Assembly: GCA_963665325.3 (NCBI GenBank)
Contig: CAXXWS020000001.1
Span: forward strand, 1-64,000
Direction of reading: 5' to 3'
Length of the DNA stretch: 64,000 nucleotides
From: Alphaproteobacteria bacterium
GTDB taxonomy: Bacteria; Pseudomonadota; Alphaproteobacteria; Bin95
The translations under genes and the position numbers were made by a program. The notes under the pieces are model-generated. The model was not told where the DNA came from. It ran no database searches and saw only the letters and a program-made list of their open reading frames with translations. This document shows, piece by piece, positions 1 through 8,917 of this stretch (within the stretch, counting starts at the first letter, position 1; each line of letters starts with the position of its first letter).

Positions 1-1
1 C

Positions 2-3000
2 GTGACGGCCATGAGCGCGTTCGCATGGCTGCGCCGGCGGGGCCGTCCGTCCTCACCGCCTGAGTCTCTTTCCTCCGCCCGCACGGCTGCGGGCATCCGC
101 CATGCCACCCGCCGCCTGCGGCACGGCCTGCGCCCCGTCCTTGCCTCCGCGCTGCTTGCCCTTCCCCTGCTCGCCGGCCTGCCGACCGGGGCGCAGGCCC
201 AGGTCGCGTGCAGCACGGCCAATGCCGACGGCTCCTATGACGTTCCCTTCGACTGGGCGCTGAAGCCCTCCGGTCTCGCCGCCGACAGCAAGTTCCGCCT
301 GCTGTTCGCCACCTCGACGGTGCGCACCGCCACGGCGACCGACATCGCGACCTACAACACGTACGTGCAGACCCGCGCCAAGGCGGGCCACAGCGCGATC
401 TCCGACAGCTGCGGCAACCTCTTCAAGGTGGTGGCCTCGACCTCCGCGGTCGATGCCCGCGTCAACACCGACACCGAATCGACCGACACGGCGGCGCTCA
501 TCTACTGGCTGAACGGCGCCAAGGTCGCCGACAGCTACACCGACTTCTACGATGGAAGCTGGGACAGCCGTGCGCACAAGAACGAATCGGGAGGGACCAC
601 CTCTTTTCTGGTCGTAGCTACAGGAAGCAACCAGGACGGCACAAAGAGCTCCACTCCACTTGGTGCACCGTCGGTCAATACAACCTCTCTGAGTTCCGGT
701 AGTCCAATTTCTGGCGCCGGTGCTAGTACAAACACGAACAATTTTCGCTTCCTCGCCCTCTCCCCGATCTTCACGGTAGGCACGAAGCCGGTGGTGAGCA
801 TTTCGGCGGGCACTTCGCCGGTGACGGAGGGCACGGCGGCGAGTTTCACCCTGAGCGTCACCCCGGCCCCGTCGGCGCCCCTGGCCGTCACTGTGATCGT
901 CACCGACACCGGCGACTTCGTCGATGCGGCCGACGAGGGTGTCAAGACGGTCACGATCCCGGCCGGCGCCGCCACGCACGCCTTCACCGTCGCCACGGAC
1001 AACGACACCACGGACGAGGCCAACGGTTTTGTGACTGTGTCTCTGATCTCCGACGCGGGCTACACGAAAGGCACTTCGGGAACCGCCACGGTCGCGGTAT
1101 CGGACGACGACGCCACGCTTGTGAGCCTTGTGGCGACGTCGGACGTGACCTTCACGGAGGAGACCCCGTCGGACACGGCGGCGGTGACGGTGCGCCTGGC
1201 GCGGCGGCTCTACGCGGGCGAGAAGCTGGCGGTGCCGTTCGAGGTCACGGGAAGAGGGATTGCACTCCATGAGCAAGTGAATCCGAGCTACACCCTGTCC
1301 GTTTCGGGCAACGGAGCGACTGGAACGCTACTGACAAGTGCCACCACCTATGTACGCTTCACCGGCCACGACACCGACATCGTGCAGGAGGCCACGGTCA
1401 CCCTGACGCCGACGAACAACGACGACGGCGACACGGAGCCCGGCTCCGTCACGATAGGCATTTTGGATCTCTTTAGCGGCGACTGGACCCAGAGCTTCAC
1501 CACCGTCGGCGGCGGCGGCGCGCCCGGCCCGGACACCTCGGTGAGGCTGGTCTATGCCGACAACGACGGGACGTTCGAGGACCTGATCCTGCGCGACCTC
1601 CCCGGGCCGCGGATCCACCTGGACGTTCAGGCCTCGCCGGATGTGACCGGGAGCGGGCGCGACTGGACCCTTGAGGAGGGGGCCGACATCACGCTGCGGA
1701 TCAGCAACCTCACGGAGACCCTGCACACCCAGGACCTTACGGTGAACTACAACGTGAAGGGCGCCTACGCCCATGTCCCCGACGGCCACGGGGGGACCCG
1801 GCCGGTGACGCTTCCGGCGAACACGCGCTCGGTCCAGGTGACCCTTCCGACCGAGGCCACCACCGACGACGAGACCGACGTGTCGCTGTCGGTGCGGCTC
1901 CTGGCCGCGGACGTGCCGGGGACCTACACGACCAACTTCCAGCCGCTGAACTTCACGGTCACGGACGGTTCGGACGGAGGCACGGGCGTCATCACCCCGT
2001 TCGTCACGGTCGAGCGGTGGTGGCCCGGGTTTGCCGATCCGCGCGACGAAGGGGAGCATCTCCCGTTCGTGATTCGTTCCAATCCGGCGGCGCAGGTGCC
2101 GTTCCCGGTCTGGCTGAAGGTCGAGGAGACCGCGGGCGATTGCGTCGCGGCCGGGCAGGAGCGGGTGCACACGGTCCGGTTCACGCCCGGGACCGAGCTG
2201 CGGGTCCTGCGCGTGCCGACGGTGGACGACGACGTGGACGAGCCGGACTGCGAGGTGCGGGTGTCGCTGGTCAAGGACACCGCCGGCACGGTGCCCACGG
2301 TGATTGATATTGCGCTGACCGGGGGCCGCGGCGGCTACATCATCAATCCGGAGGTCGTGTCCACCCCCTATATCGATGAGACCACTCCGGAAAACTCGGT
2401 CCCCGTGGGCCGGGGAAGGGGGACCGCGACCGGGACGGTCTTCGACAACGACCCCGGCTCGTTCGATCGCGGCGGGCAGATCGGGCATAGCGAGTCCGAT
2501 GCGGCGGTGGACCCGGCGCTGGTGGCGGAGGTCCGTGTCCGGGCGGCGGAGACCCATCACGGCCAGGCGCATGTGGACCGCTGGCGGCGCGTTCTGGTGG
2601 CGTTCGGAGTGGAGACTTACGAGGGTCTTTCGCCGACGACGGCGGCGGAGGCGGCGGCGAACGCGAAGAAGTACAGCAGCCCGCTCTGGCCCCGGATCGC
2701 CACGGCGCTGGCGGCGCTGGAGGCGGGACCCGTGGTCCCGGTCCGGCCGGTGGTGACGATCGCGGCGGATGCGGAGCGGGTCGGCGAGGGCGGCGCCGTG
2801 ACCTTCACGCTGACGGCGGCGCCGGCGCCGGTGCGGGACCTCGCGGTGCACGTGGTGGCCGACGAGGAGATGGGCGCGGGGGACGACCTTGTGGGCAGCG
2901 GGCATATCGCCACGGTGACGATCCCGGCGGGGGAGAGTTCGGCGACGTGGACGGTGACGGCGATGTCGGACGAGGTGGAGCGGGCCGACGGCACGATGAC

Positions 3001-5986
3001 GGGCCGGGTGGTGGCGGGCGACGGCTACGCGCCGGGCGATCCGTCCGAGGTGACGCTGGCGCTGCTCGACGACGACGAGGCGGCGCTCGAGGTCACGGTC
3101 TCGGGCGGCGACGCGGTGACCGAGGGCGGCGACGCGGTGTTCACCTTCACGGCGAGCCCGGCCCCTGCATCGGACCTTGCGGTGAGCGTGACCGTGGCGG
3201 TCGAGGGCGACTACGGGATCGAGGGCGGCAAGCGGACCGTCACCATCCCGGCGGCGGGCAGCGCCACGCTGACGCTGGCGACGGCCAATGACGACGTTGA
3301 CGAGGCGGACGGCTCGATCACCCTGACGGTGGAGGACGGCGACGGCTACGCGGCGGGCGACCCGGCGTCGGGGACGGTCGCGGTGCGCGACGACGACGTG
3401 CCGGCGGTGAGCGTCGCGGCCGGGGATGCGGTGACCGAGGGCGGCGACGCGGCGTTCACGCTGACCGCGAGCCCGGCCCCGGCGGCGCCGCTGACCGTGA
3501 CGGTGACCGTGGCGGCCGCCGGCGACTACGGCGTGAGCGCGGGCACGCGGACGGTGACCGTCCCGATAACGGGCAGCGCCACGCTGACGCTGGCGACGGC
3601 GAACGACAAGGCGGACGAGGCCGACGGCTCGGTCACCCTGACGGTGGATGCGGGCAGCGGCTACACGGTGGGCGCGCCCGGCTCGGGCACGGTCGCGGTG
3701 CATGACGACGACGAGCCGGCGGTGAGCGTCGCGGCCGGGGATGCGGTGACCGAGGGCGGCGACGCGGTGTTCACCTTCACGGCGGATCCCGCCCCGGCAT
3801 CGGACCTGACCGTGACGGTAACGGTGGCGGCCGAGGGCGAGTACGGCGTGACCGCGGGCGAGCGGACCGTCACCGTCCCGGTGACGGGCAGCGCGGAGCT
3901 GACGCTGGCGACGACAAACGACGAGGCGGACGAGCCGGACGGCTCGGTCACCCTGACGGTGGATGCGGGCGACGGCTACACGGTGGGCGACCCGGCGTCG
4001 GGGACGGTCGCGGTGCGCGACGACGACGAGCCGCTGCCGCTGGTGATCTCGGTGGCCGACGCGACGGTGACGGAGGGCGACGGCGCCTCGCTGATGTGGT
4101 TCACGGTGCGCCTGTCGGAGCCTTCGGCGGAGACGGTGACGGCGCGGGCGGACACGCGCCCCTCGACCCCGGTATCGGCGAAGCCGCGGGAGGACTACTG
4201 GCCGGTGCGGTCCGGGCTGGTTCGGTTCAGGCCGGGCGAGACCGAGTGGCGCGTGGCGGTCTACATCGCCGACGACAATCACGACGAGGACGCGGAGACG
4301 TTCGAGCTGGTGCTGTCGGCCGCCGACGGCGCGCGGATCGGCGACGGGGTTGCGGTTGGGACGATCGTGAACGACGACCCGATGCCGGCGGCGTGGCTGG
4401 CGCGGTTCGGGCGCACGGTTGCGGAGCAGGCGCTCGACGGGATCGCGGGCCGGATGGCGGCGCCGCGCACGCCGGGCATGCAGGGCGCGATCGCCGGTCA
4501 GGCGCTCTCGTTCGGCGCACCCGCCAACGACAATGCGGCTGCGGGCCATGTTGCGGCCGGGTCCTCGACACTCGGCGTGACCGGGTCTCCGGCGCTGGCC
4601 GATGTCGCGCAGGCGTTCGGCGGGCACTCCGACCGATTCGGCGCGGGCGATTCCGGTCATGACGCGGCCGGCTTCGGTGCCGGCCCCGGCTCGTTGTCCG
4701 GGGCGGGCTTCTCGCAATCGCGGACCATGACGGCCCGCGACGCGCTGCTGGGCAGCAGTTTCTCGCTGACCGGCGCGGCGGACGGCTCGGGCGGCAGCAT
4801 GGCGTTCTGGGGCCGGGCGGCGCAGGGCGGCTTCGACGGCCGCGAGGGGACGTTCTCGCTCGACGGCACGGTCACCACCGGCATGTTGGGCGCGGACTAT
4901 GCGCGCGGCAAGTGGCTGGTGGGGCTGGCGCTTGCGCAGAGCGCGGGCGAGGGCGACTACCGCGATACCGATGCCGATCCCCGTCCCGACAGCCAGACCT
5001 GTCCCGCGATTGACGGACAGGAGATGCCGGAGTGGTGCAACGAGGCCGTGCGCGCGGGCGACGGCAGTGTGGAGGCGTCGCTGACGGCGGCGATCCCCTA
5101 TGCGGCGTTGCAGGCGTCGGAGCGCCTCAAGCTCTGGGGCGCGGCGGGTTACGGCACGGGCGAAGTGACGCTCAAGACCGCGCTCGGCGGCAGCTACAAG
5201 TCCGACACCACCTGGAGCATGGCGGCGGCGGGGCTCAGGGGCGACCTGCTGGCGCCCCCCGCTGAGGGCAGCGGTCCCGCCCTGGCGGTGACCTCGGACG
5301 CGCTGTGGACGCGGAGCTCGTCGGAGAAGACCCGCGACCTCGCGGCGTCGGAGTCCGACGCGACCCGGCTCAGGCTCGGGCTGGAGGGCAGCTACCGCAT
5401 GGCGCTGGAGGGCGGCGGTCATCTGACGCCGAAGCTGGAGGTCGGCGCGCGCCATGACGGCGGCGACGCGGAGACCGGCTTCGGGGTCGAGCTCGGCGGC
5501 GGCATCGCCTGGGTCGATCCGGGCCTCGGGCTGTCGCTCGACGTCTCGGGCCGCACGCTGATCGCGCACGGCAACGACGACCTGAAGGACCGGGGCTATG
5601 CGGCGTCGCTCGCTTTCGATCCGGACCCGGCGACGCGGCGGGGTCCGTCGCTGAGCCTGCGCCAGGAGTTCGGCGGGCAGGCCAATGGCGGACTGGATGC
5701 GCTGTTCCAGCCGGCGACGCTGGAGGACCGCACGGGCGGCGAGGCGACGAGCCGCTGGGCGATGGAGGCGGCCTACGGCTTCCCGGCCTTCGGCGGGCGC
5801 TGGACCGGCAGCCCGCATGTCGGATTGGGGCTGGCGGCGGCTGCGCGCGACTACAGCGTCGGCTGGCGGCTCGCGCCGGAGACCAACGCGCCCGACCTCT
5901 CCTTCGGGGTGAAGGCGAGTCGTCGGGAGACCGATACGGACGCGCCGGAGCATACGGTCGGGTTCGAGGTCCGCGCCCGCTGGTGA
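2..5986 (+). CDS. Large surface adhesin/autotransporter: signal peptide, N-terminal lectin-like module, Calx-beta/Ig-like repeats, C-terminal beta-barrel
   Basis: 1994-aa ORF with signal-like LLALPLLAGLPTGAQA. Repeated VTEGxxAxFT...DDD Calx-beta-like units. C-terminal barrel motifs (LRLGLEGS, RHDGGDAETGFG) and terminal W. The true start may be ATG at 11. Confidence 0.85.
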   Translation: MTAMSAFAWLRRRGRPSSPPESLSSARTAAGIRHATRRLRHGLRPVLASALLALPLLAGLPTGAQAQVACSTANADGSYDVPFDWALKPSGLAADSKFRLLFATSTVRTATATDIATYNTYVQTRAKAGHSAISDSCGNLFKVVASTSAVDARVNTDTESTDTAALIYWLNGAKVADSYTDFYDGSWDSRAHKNESGGTTSFLVVATGSNQDGTKSSTPLGAPSVNTTSLSSGSPISGAGASTNTNNFRFLALSPIFTVGTKPVVSISAGTSPVTEGTAASFTLSVTPAPSAPLAVTVIVTDTGDFVDAADEGVKTVTIPAGAATHAFTVATDNDTTDEANGFVTVSLISDAGYTKGTSGTATVAVSDDDATLVSLVATSDVTFTEETPSDTAAVTVRLARRLYAGEKLAVPFEVTGRGIALHEQVNPSYTLSVSGNGATGTLLTSATTYVRFTGHDTDIVQEATVTLTPTNNDDGDTEPGSVTIGILDLFSGDWTQSFTTVGGGGAPGPDTSVRLVYADNDGTFEDLILRDLPGPRIHLDVQASPDVTGSGRDWTLEEGADITLRISNLTETLHTQDLTVNYNVKGAYAHVPDGHGGTRPVTLPANTRSVQVTLPTEATTDDETDVSLSVRLLAADVPGTYTTNFQPLNFTVTDGSDGGTGVITPFVTVERWWPGFADPRDEGEHLPFVIRSNPAAQVPFPVWLKVEETAGDCVAAGQERVHTVRFTPGTELRVLRVPTVDDDVDEPDCEVRVSLVKDTAGTVPTVIDIALTGGRGGYIINPEVVSTPYIDETTPENSVPVGRGRGTATGTVFDNDPGSFDRGGQIGHSESDAAVDPALVAEVRVRAAETHHGQAHVDRWRRVLVAFGVETYEGLSPTTAAEAAANAKKYSSPLWPRIATALAALEAGPVVPVRPVVTIAADAERVGEGGAVTFTLTAAPAPVRDLAVHVVADEEMGAGDDLVGSGHIATVTIPAGESSATWTVTAMSDEVERADGTMTGRVVAGDGYAPGDPSEVTLALLDDDEAALEVTVSGGDAVTEGGDAVFTFTASPAPASDLAVSVTVAVEGDYGIEGGKRTVTIPAAGSATLTLATANDDVDEADGSITLTVEDGDGYAAGDPASGTVAVRDDDVPAVSVAAGDAVTEGGDAAFTLTASPAPAAPLTVTVTVAAAGDYGVSAGTRTVTVPITGSATLTLATANDKADEADGSVTLTVDAGSGYTVGAPGSGTVAVHDDDEPAVSVAAGDAVTEGGDAVFTFTADPAPASDLTVTVTVAAEGEYGVTAGERTVTVPVTGSAELTLATTNDEADEPDGSVTLTVDAGDGYTVGDPASGTVAVRDDDEPLPLVISVADATVTEGDGASLMWFTVRLSEPSAETVTARADTRPSTPVSAKPREDYWPVRSGLVRFRPGETEWRVAVYIADDNHDEDAETFELVLSAADGARIGDGVAVGTIVNDDPMPAAWLARFGRTVAEQALDGIAGRMAAPRTPGMQGAIAGQALSFGAPANDNAAAGHVAAGSSTLGVTGSPALADVAQAFGGHSDRFGAGDSGHDAAGFGAGPGSLSGAGFSQSRTMTARDALLGSSFSLTGAADGSGGSMAFWGRAAQGGFDGREGTFSLDGTVTTGMLGADYARGKWLVGLALAQSAGEGDYRDTDADPRPDSQTCPAIDGQEMPEWCNEAVRAGDGSVEASLTAAIPYAALQASERLKLWGAAGYGTGEVTLKTALGGSYKSDTTWSMAAAGLRGDLLAPPAEGSGPALAVTSDALWTRSSSEKTRDLAASESDATRLRLGLEGSYRMALEGGGHLTPKLEVGARHDGGDAETGFGVELGGGIAWVDPGLGLSLDVSGRTLIAHGNDDLKDRGYAASLAFDPDPATRRGPSLSLRQEFGGQANGGLDALFQPATLEDRTGGEATSRWAMEAAYGFPAFGGRWTGSPHVGLGLAAAARDYSVGWRLAPETNAPDLSFGVKASRRETDTDAPEHTVGFEVRARW
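3092..4030 (+). repeat. Three tandem ~315-bp (105-aa) intragenic repeats
   Basis: GA(C/T)GCGGTGACCGAGGGCGGCGACGCG recurs at 3110, 3425 and 3740. Boundaries are approximate. Confidence 0.9.
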
Positions 5987-6564
5987 GCGCGGCGCGCGCG
6001 TTGACCATGGCGGGATCCGGCCGGAAGCTGCCCGAGGACGGCGGGGTGTGGGCGTGGCAGGTGCTGCGGGACCGGGAGGACTACCGCGAGGCGTGGGCGG
6101 CCCGTGCGGGTTGTGCCGCCGCGCCCGATCTCGAGCCGGCGCCCTTTCCGGTCCGCGTCCAGTCGGCGGCCGATCTCGATGCGGCGCGCTGGGGCCTGCT
6201 CGCCTGGGAGGACCCGGAGGCGGTGGACGGGCCGGGCTCCGCGTTCTGGTCGGACGCTCCGATGCTGGTCTGCGCGCTCGGCGAGGGCGAGCCGGCGCTT
6301 GTCGACCTGCTCGAGGAGGCCGGGTCCACGGTGAGCGGGCTGCGGCTCGCGGGCGGGGCGCTGATCCTGAAGATCGAGCGCGGTCCCGATGCGGTGCAGC
6401 TGCGGCTGGCCGATGCGGCGGCGTTCCCCGGGGGCGGCGGCATCGAGCTGCGGCACGGCATTGCAGGTCTGCCGGCGACGGCGGCGCGGGAGCTGGAGCT
6501 GTGGGCGCTTGCCGGCGAGGCGGCTCCCCCTCCCGGGGGCGATATCGGGGGGCGGGGCACGTGA
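5983..6564 (+). CDS. FseA-like conjugation activator, N-terminal/middle part (DUF6499-like)
   Basis: WAWQVLRDREDYREAW and WGLLAWEDP motifs resemble DUF6499/FseA. Lies upstream of an rdfS-like gene. Alternative ATG start at 6007. Confidence 0.65.
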   Translation: MSAARALTMAGSGRKLPEDGGVWAWQVLRDREDYREAWAARAGCAAAPDLEPAPFPVRVQSAADLDAARWGLLAWEDPEAVDGPGSAFWSDAPMLVCALGEGEPALVDLLEEAGSTVSGLRLAGGALILKIERGPDAVQLRLADAAAFPGGGGIELRHGIAGLPATAARELELWALAGEAAPPPGGDIGGRGT

Positions 6565-6769
6565 GCTCCTGATTGCGCTGAACGGACGGCGGGCGAAGAG
6601 GGACGCCCGCGCCATCGCCGTCGAGCTTTACGGCGCGAAGCTGGCGGCGGAGTGGGAGACCGACGGCTGGCTGCGTTCGCGCACGCGGCGTCAGCTGCGC
6701 AAGGCGAAGCGGTTCGTGGAAGAGCGGCGGGGCTGGGACTACCGCGCGATGGCGGCGCGGCCGGGCTGA
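6563..6769 (+). CDS. DUF2285-like HTH domain (C-terminal part of the FseA-like protein), in the +1 frame
   Basis: ELLIALNG...RAIAVELYG...EW..DGWLRSRTRR...DYRAM fits the DUF2285 pattern. No convincing start codon of its own, so the start coordinate is approximate. Confidence 0.6.
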   Translation, partial: ELLIALNGRRAKRDARAIAVELYGAKLAAEWETDGWLRSRTRRQLRKAKRFVEERRGWDYRAMAARPG

Positions 6770-7062
6770 GCCGCCGGGCGCCCGGACCGGGCGAAGCCGC
6801 CGATGTTCGCCGCTGCCGGGTGCGGGCCCCGGTGTGTGCGGCCGCGCCCCGGAGCCCGCTCTCCCATGCCGTGTCCGTCATCCGTCACCGTCATGGACGG
6901 GGCGCCGGATGCGCCTGCAGGTCGCCGGGGAGCGGCCCCGGCGCCTGACGGAGGCTGGCATCGTGTGCCGCAATATTCGCCCGGGTTGACGATCCCCGCG
7001 ATTGCGGCGGGCTGTGCCATCCGGCTGAACCGCGATCCGGTATTGCCGATGTTCCGTAATCC

Positions 7063-7090
7063 GGCTGACGGCTGACGGCTGACGGCTGAC
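7063..7090. repeat. Heptamer tandem repeat (GGCTGAC)x4
   Basis: Read directly from the sequence. Confidence 0.95.
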
Positions 7091-7337
7091 GGCCGTCCGC
7101 CGCACCCGCCGCCCGCGGGCCGGTGACGCGCAATCGCAACCGTCCCTCCACCGCCGGCGCCGGTCCCGCAAACGCCCTCCCGCCCGGTCTGCCGGATCGC
7201 ACCGTTCCGGCGCGGTCCGCCGCCCGATTCGCGATTTCGCCGCCGTGCTCCGGCCCGTGCCGTGGACGGCGTACGCGCCCGGCCGCGGCGATGTCGGCGC
7301 CTGGCGGCCCGTGGCGGTTCCTGGCGGCTCCTGCGGG

Positions 7338-7365
7338 GGGTCGTTTTCGACTCGCAAAACGACCC
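7338..7365. promoter_or_regulatory. Perfect 10-bp inverted repeat upstream of rdfS/tra (candidate operator or oriT hairpin)
   Basis: GGGTCGTTTT-N8-AAAACGACCC about 100 bp before the rdfS ATG. The repeat is seen; its function is inferred. Confidence 0.5.
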
Positions 7366-7463
7366 TCCCCCCGCGCCCGGTTCTTCGCTTCGATCGCCCG
7401 GCGGATGCGCCCGGAACGGCCCGGGCGGTCCTCGGACCGAGGCAAGGGAGAAGGGGGAACGGG

Positions 7464-7718
7464 ATGGCGAAGAAGACCAGGTATCTGAAGACCCGCAAGG
7501 CGGCGAAGCATCTCGGGATGTCGGTCCGCACGCTGGAGCGCTACCGGCTGTCGGGGGGCGGGCCGGTGTTCCACCGCTTCCGGAGCGGGGTGCGCTACCT
7601 GCGCGCGGACCTCGATTCGTGGGCGGCGACGCGGCGGCGCAATTCGACCTCGGACGACGGTCCGGGGGAGCGCCCCGGTCCGGGGAAGGATCCCGCACCG
7701 CCGGGGTCCGGGCGATGA
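7464..7718 (+). CDS. rdfS: RdfS-like recombination directionality factor/excisionase (HTH_17/AlpA-type)
   Basis: RYLKTRKAAKHLGMSVRTLERYR..GGGPVF....VRY...DLDSWA...STSD. Purine-rich RBS. ATGA overlap with the pilin gene. Confidence 0.75.
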   Translation: MAKKTRYLKTRKAAKHLGMSVRTLERYRLSGGGPVFHRFRSGVRYLRADLDSWAATRRRNSTSDDGPGERPGPGKDPAPPGSGR

Positions 7719-8029
7719 GGGGCGCAGGCGATGCCGGCGCCGCGCGCCTTGCCGCCGTCATGGCGCTCGCCGCGGCGGCGGTGCTGGCGGGACCGGATAT
7801 CGCGCTGGCGAGCACCGACACGACCTTCGGCGATCCGCTGGATACGGTCGAGGGGATCGTCGGCGGCACCGGCGGGCAGCTCGCGGCGGCGCTCGCCGTC
7901 GGCGCGGCCCTGGTCGGCTCGGTGCTGCGCTTCAACGCGATGCAGCTGATGGGCGCGGTCGGGGTCGGCATAGCGGCCGGCGCCGGCACCGGCATCGTGA
8001 CCGGCCTGGTCGGCACGGCGATCGTCTGA
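7715..8029 (+). CDS. traA: Conjugative pilin
   Basis: Small protein with a signal peptide and two hydrophobic segments, directly before traL. Confidence 0.75.
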   Translation: MRGAGDAGAARLAAVMALAAAAVLAGPDIALASTDTTFGDPLDTVEGIVGGTGGQLAAALAVGAALVGSVLRFNAMQLMGAVGVGIAAGAGTGIVTGLVGTAIV

Positions 8030-8322
8030 TGAACGACACCGCGCGCCACACCATCCCGCGCCGTCTCGACGACCCGGAGCGCTGGCTGTTCTGGACCGTC
8101 GACGAGGCGGCGGCGCTGATGGGCCCGGCGCTCCTCGGGCTTGCCGCCAACCAGTTCGTGCCGGGGCTGGTGGCCGGCGTCGGCGGCTGGCTGCTGCTCA
8201 GGCGCGTGAAGCGCGGCGGCGGGGCCAACATCGCGCGCTACGCGCTCTACTGGTTCCTGCCGGACTTCGTGCTGCGTCTTGAACGCACGCCGCCGAGCCA
8301 TCTGCGGCGCTTCGCCGGCTGA
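8029..8322 (+). CDS. traL: F-type T4SS TraL
   Basis: IPRRLDDPER.LFWTVDE and LYWFLP motifs. Confidence 0.92.
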   Translation: MNDTARHTIPRRLDDPERWLFWTVDEAAALMGPALLGLAANQFVPGLVAGVGGWLLLRRVKRGGGANIARYALYWFLPDFVLRLERTPPSHLRRFAG

Positions 8323-8344
8323 GGCGCGGAGCGGGGACGGGGCC

Positions 8345-8917
8345 ATGAACCGCGCTTTCATGGAGACCGGCATCCGGCGCGCCCGCGATATCCGGGTGGC
8401 GCTGGCCGGGCTGCTGGCGCTGTCGATGACCGCGAACCTGGCGCTGACCGTGGGCTTCGCCGGGCGCGAGACGGCGACCGTGCTGGTGCCGGCGGCGGCG
8501 GGGCCTTCCTGGGCGGTGGGCGGCGGCGGCGCCGGCGAGGGCCGCGCCGGCGCGCGCTATCTGGAGGACATGGCGCGCACGGTGGCGGTGACGCTGCTGA
8601 CGCTGACGCCGGAGAACGCGGCCCATGTCCGCCTTGCGGCGGCGCGCCTGGCGCACCCGTCCGCGCGCGGCGCCATCGGCGCCTGGGTCGAGGCCGAGGC
8701 CGCGCGCATGGCCGGGCGCGACCTCGCGAGCGCGTTCTATCCCGACAGTATCGAGGCCGACCCGGCGCGGCTCGGCGTCGAGGTCGCGGGCGAGCTGGTG
8801 ACCTGGATCGGGCGCGAGGAGGCCTCGCGCGAGGACCGGCGCTACCGGCTCGCGTTCCGCATCGACGCCGGGCGCATCGGCCTGTTGCGCTTCGAACAGA
8901 TGGAGACCGGAAAATGA
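8345..8917 (+). CDS. traE: F-type T4SS TraE
   Basis: N-terminal TM segment, TVLVP, YLEDMA, LTLTPEN; expected position. Confidence 0.88.
   Translation: MNRAFMETGIRRARDIRVALAGLLALSMTANLALTVGFAGRETATVLVPAAAGPSWAVGGGGAGEGRAGARYLEDMARTVAVTLLTLTPENAAHVRLAAARLAHPSARGAIGAWVEAEAARMAGRDLASAFYPDSIEADPARLGVEVAGELVTWIGREEASREDRRYRLAFRIDAGRIGLLRFEQMETGK

Noticed and set aside
551-745. Classical diversity-generating retroelement
   Set aside because: No reverse transcriptase, Avd or template repeat seen in the window, and the changes hit third codon positions. A remote DGR cannot be excluded.
3092-4030. CRISPR-like or non-coding repeat array
   Set aside because: The repeats are in-frame 315-bp protein domain duplications with no spacers and no cas genes.
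4520-4540. ANDN peptide (also at ~30030) resembling the alphaproteobacterial tmRNA tag
   Set aside because: Lies in frame within autotransporter coding sequence with no tRNA-like structure nearby.
1328-5953. 1541-aa minus-strand ORF and many other long antisense or alternate-frame ORFs (e.g. 22519-25224, 47691-49640)
   Set aside because: Shadow ORFs of high-GC coding strands: Arg/Pro/Ala-rich, no motifs, fully overlapping well-supported genes.
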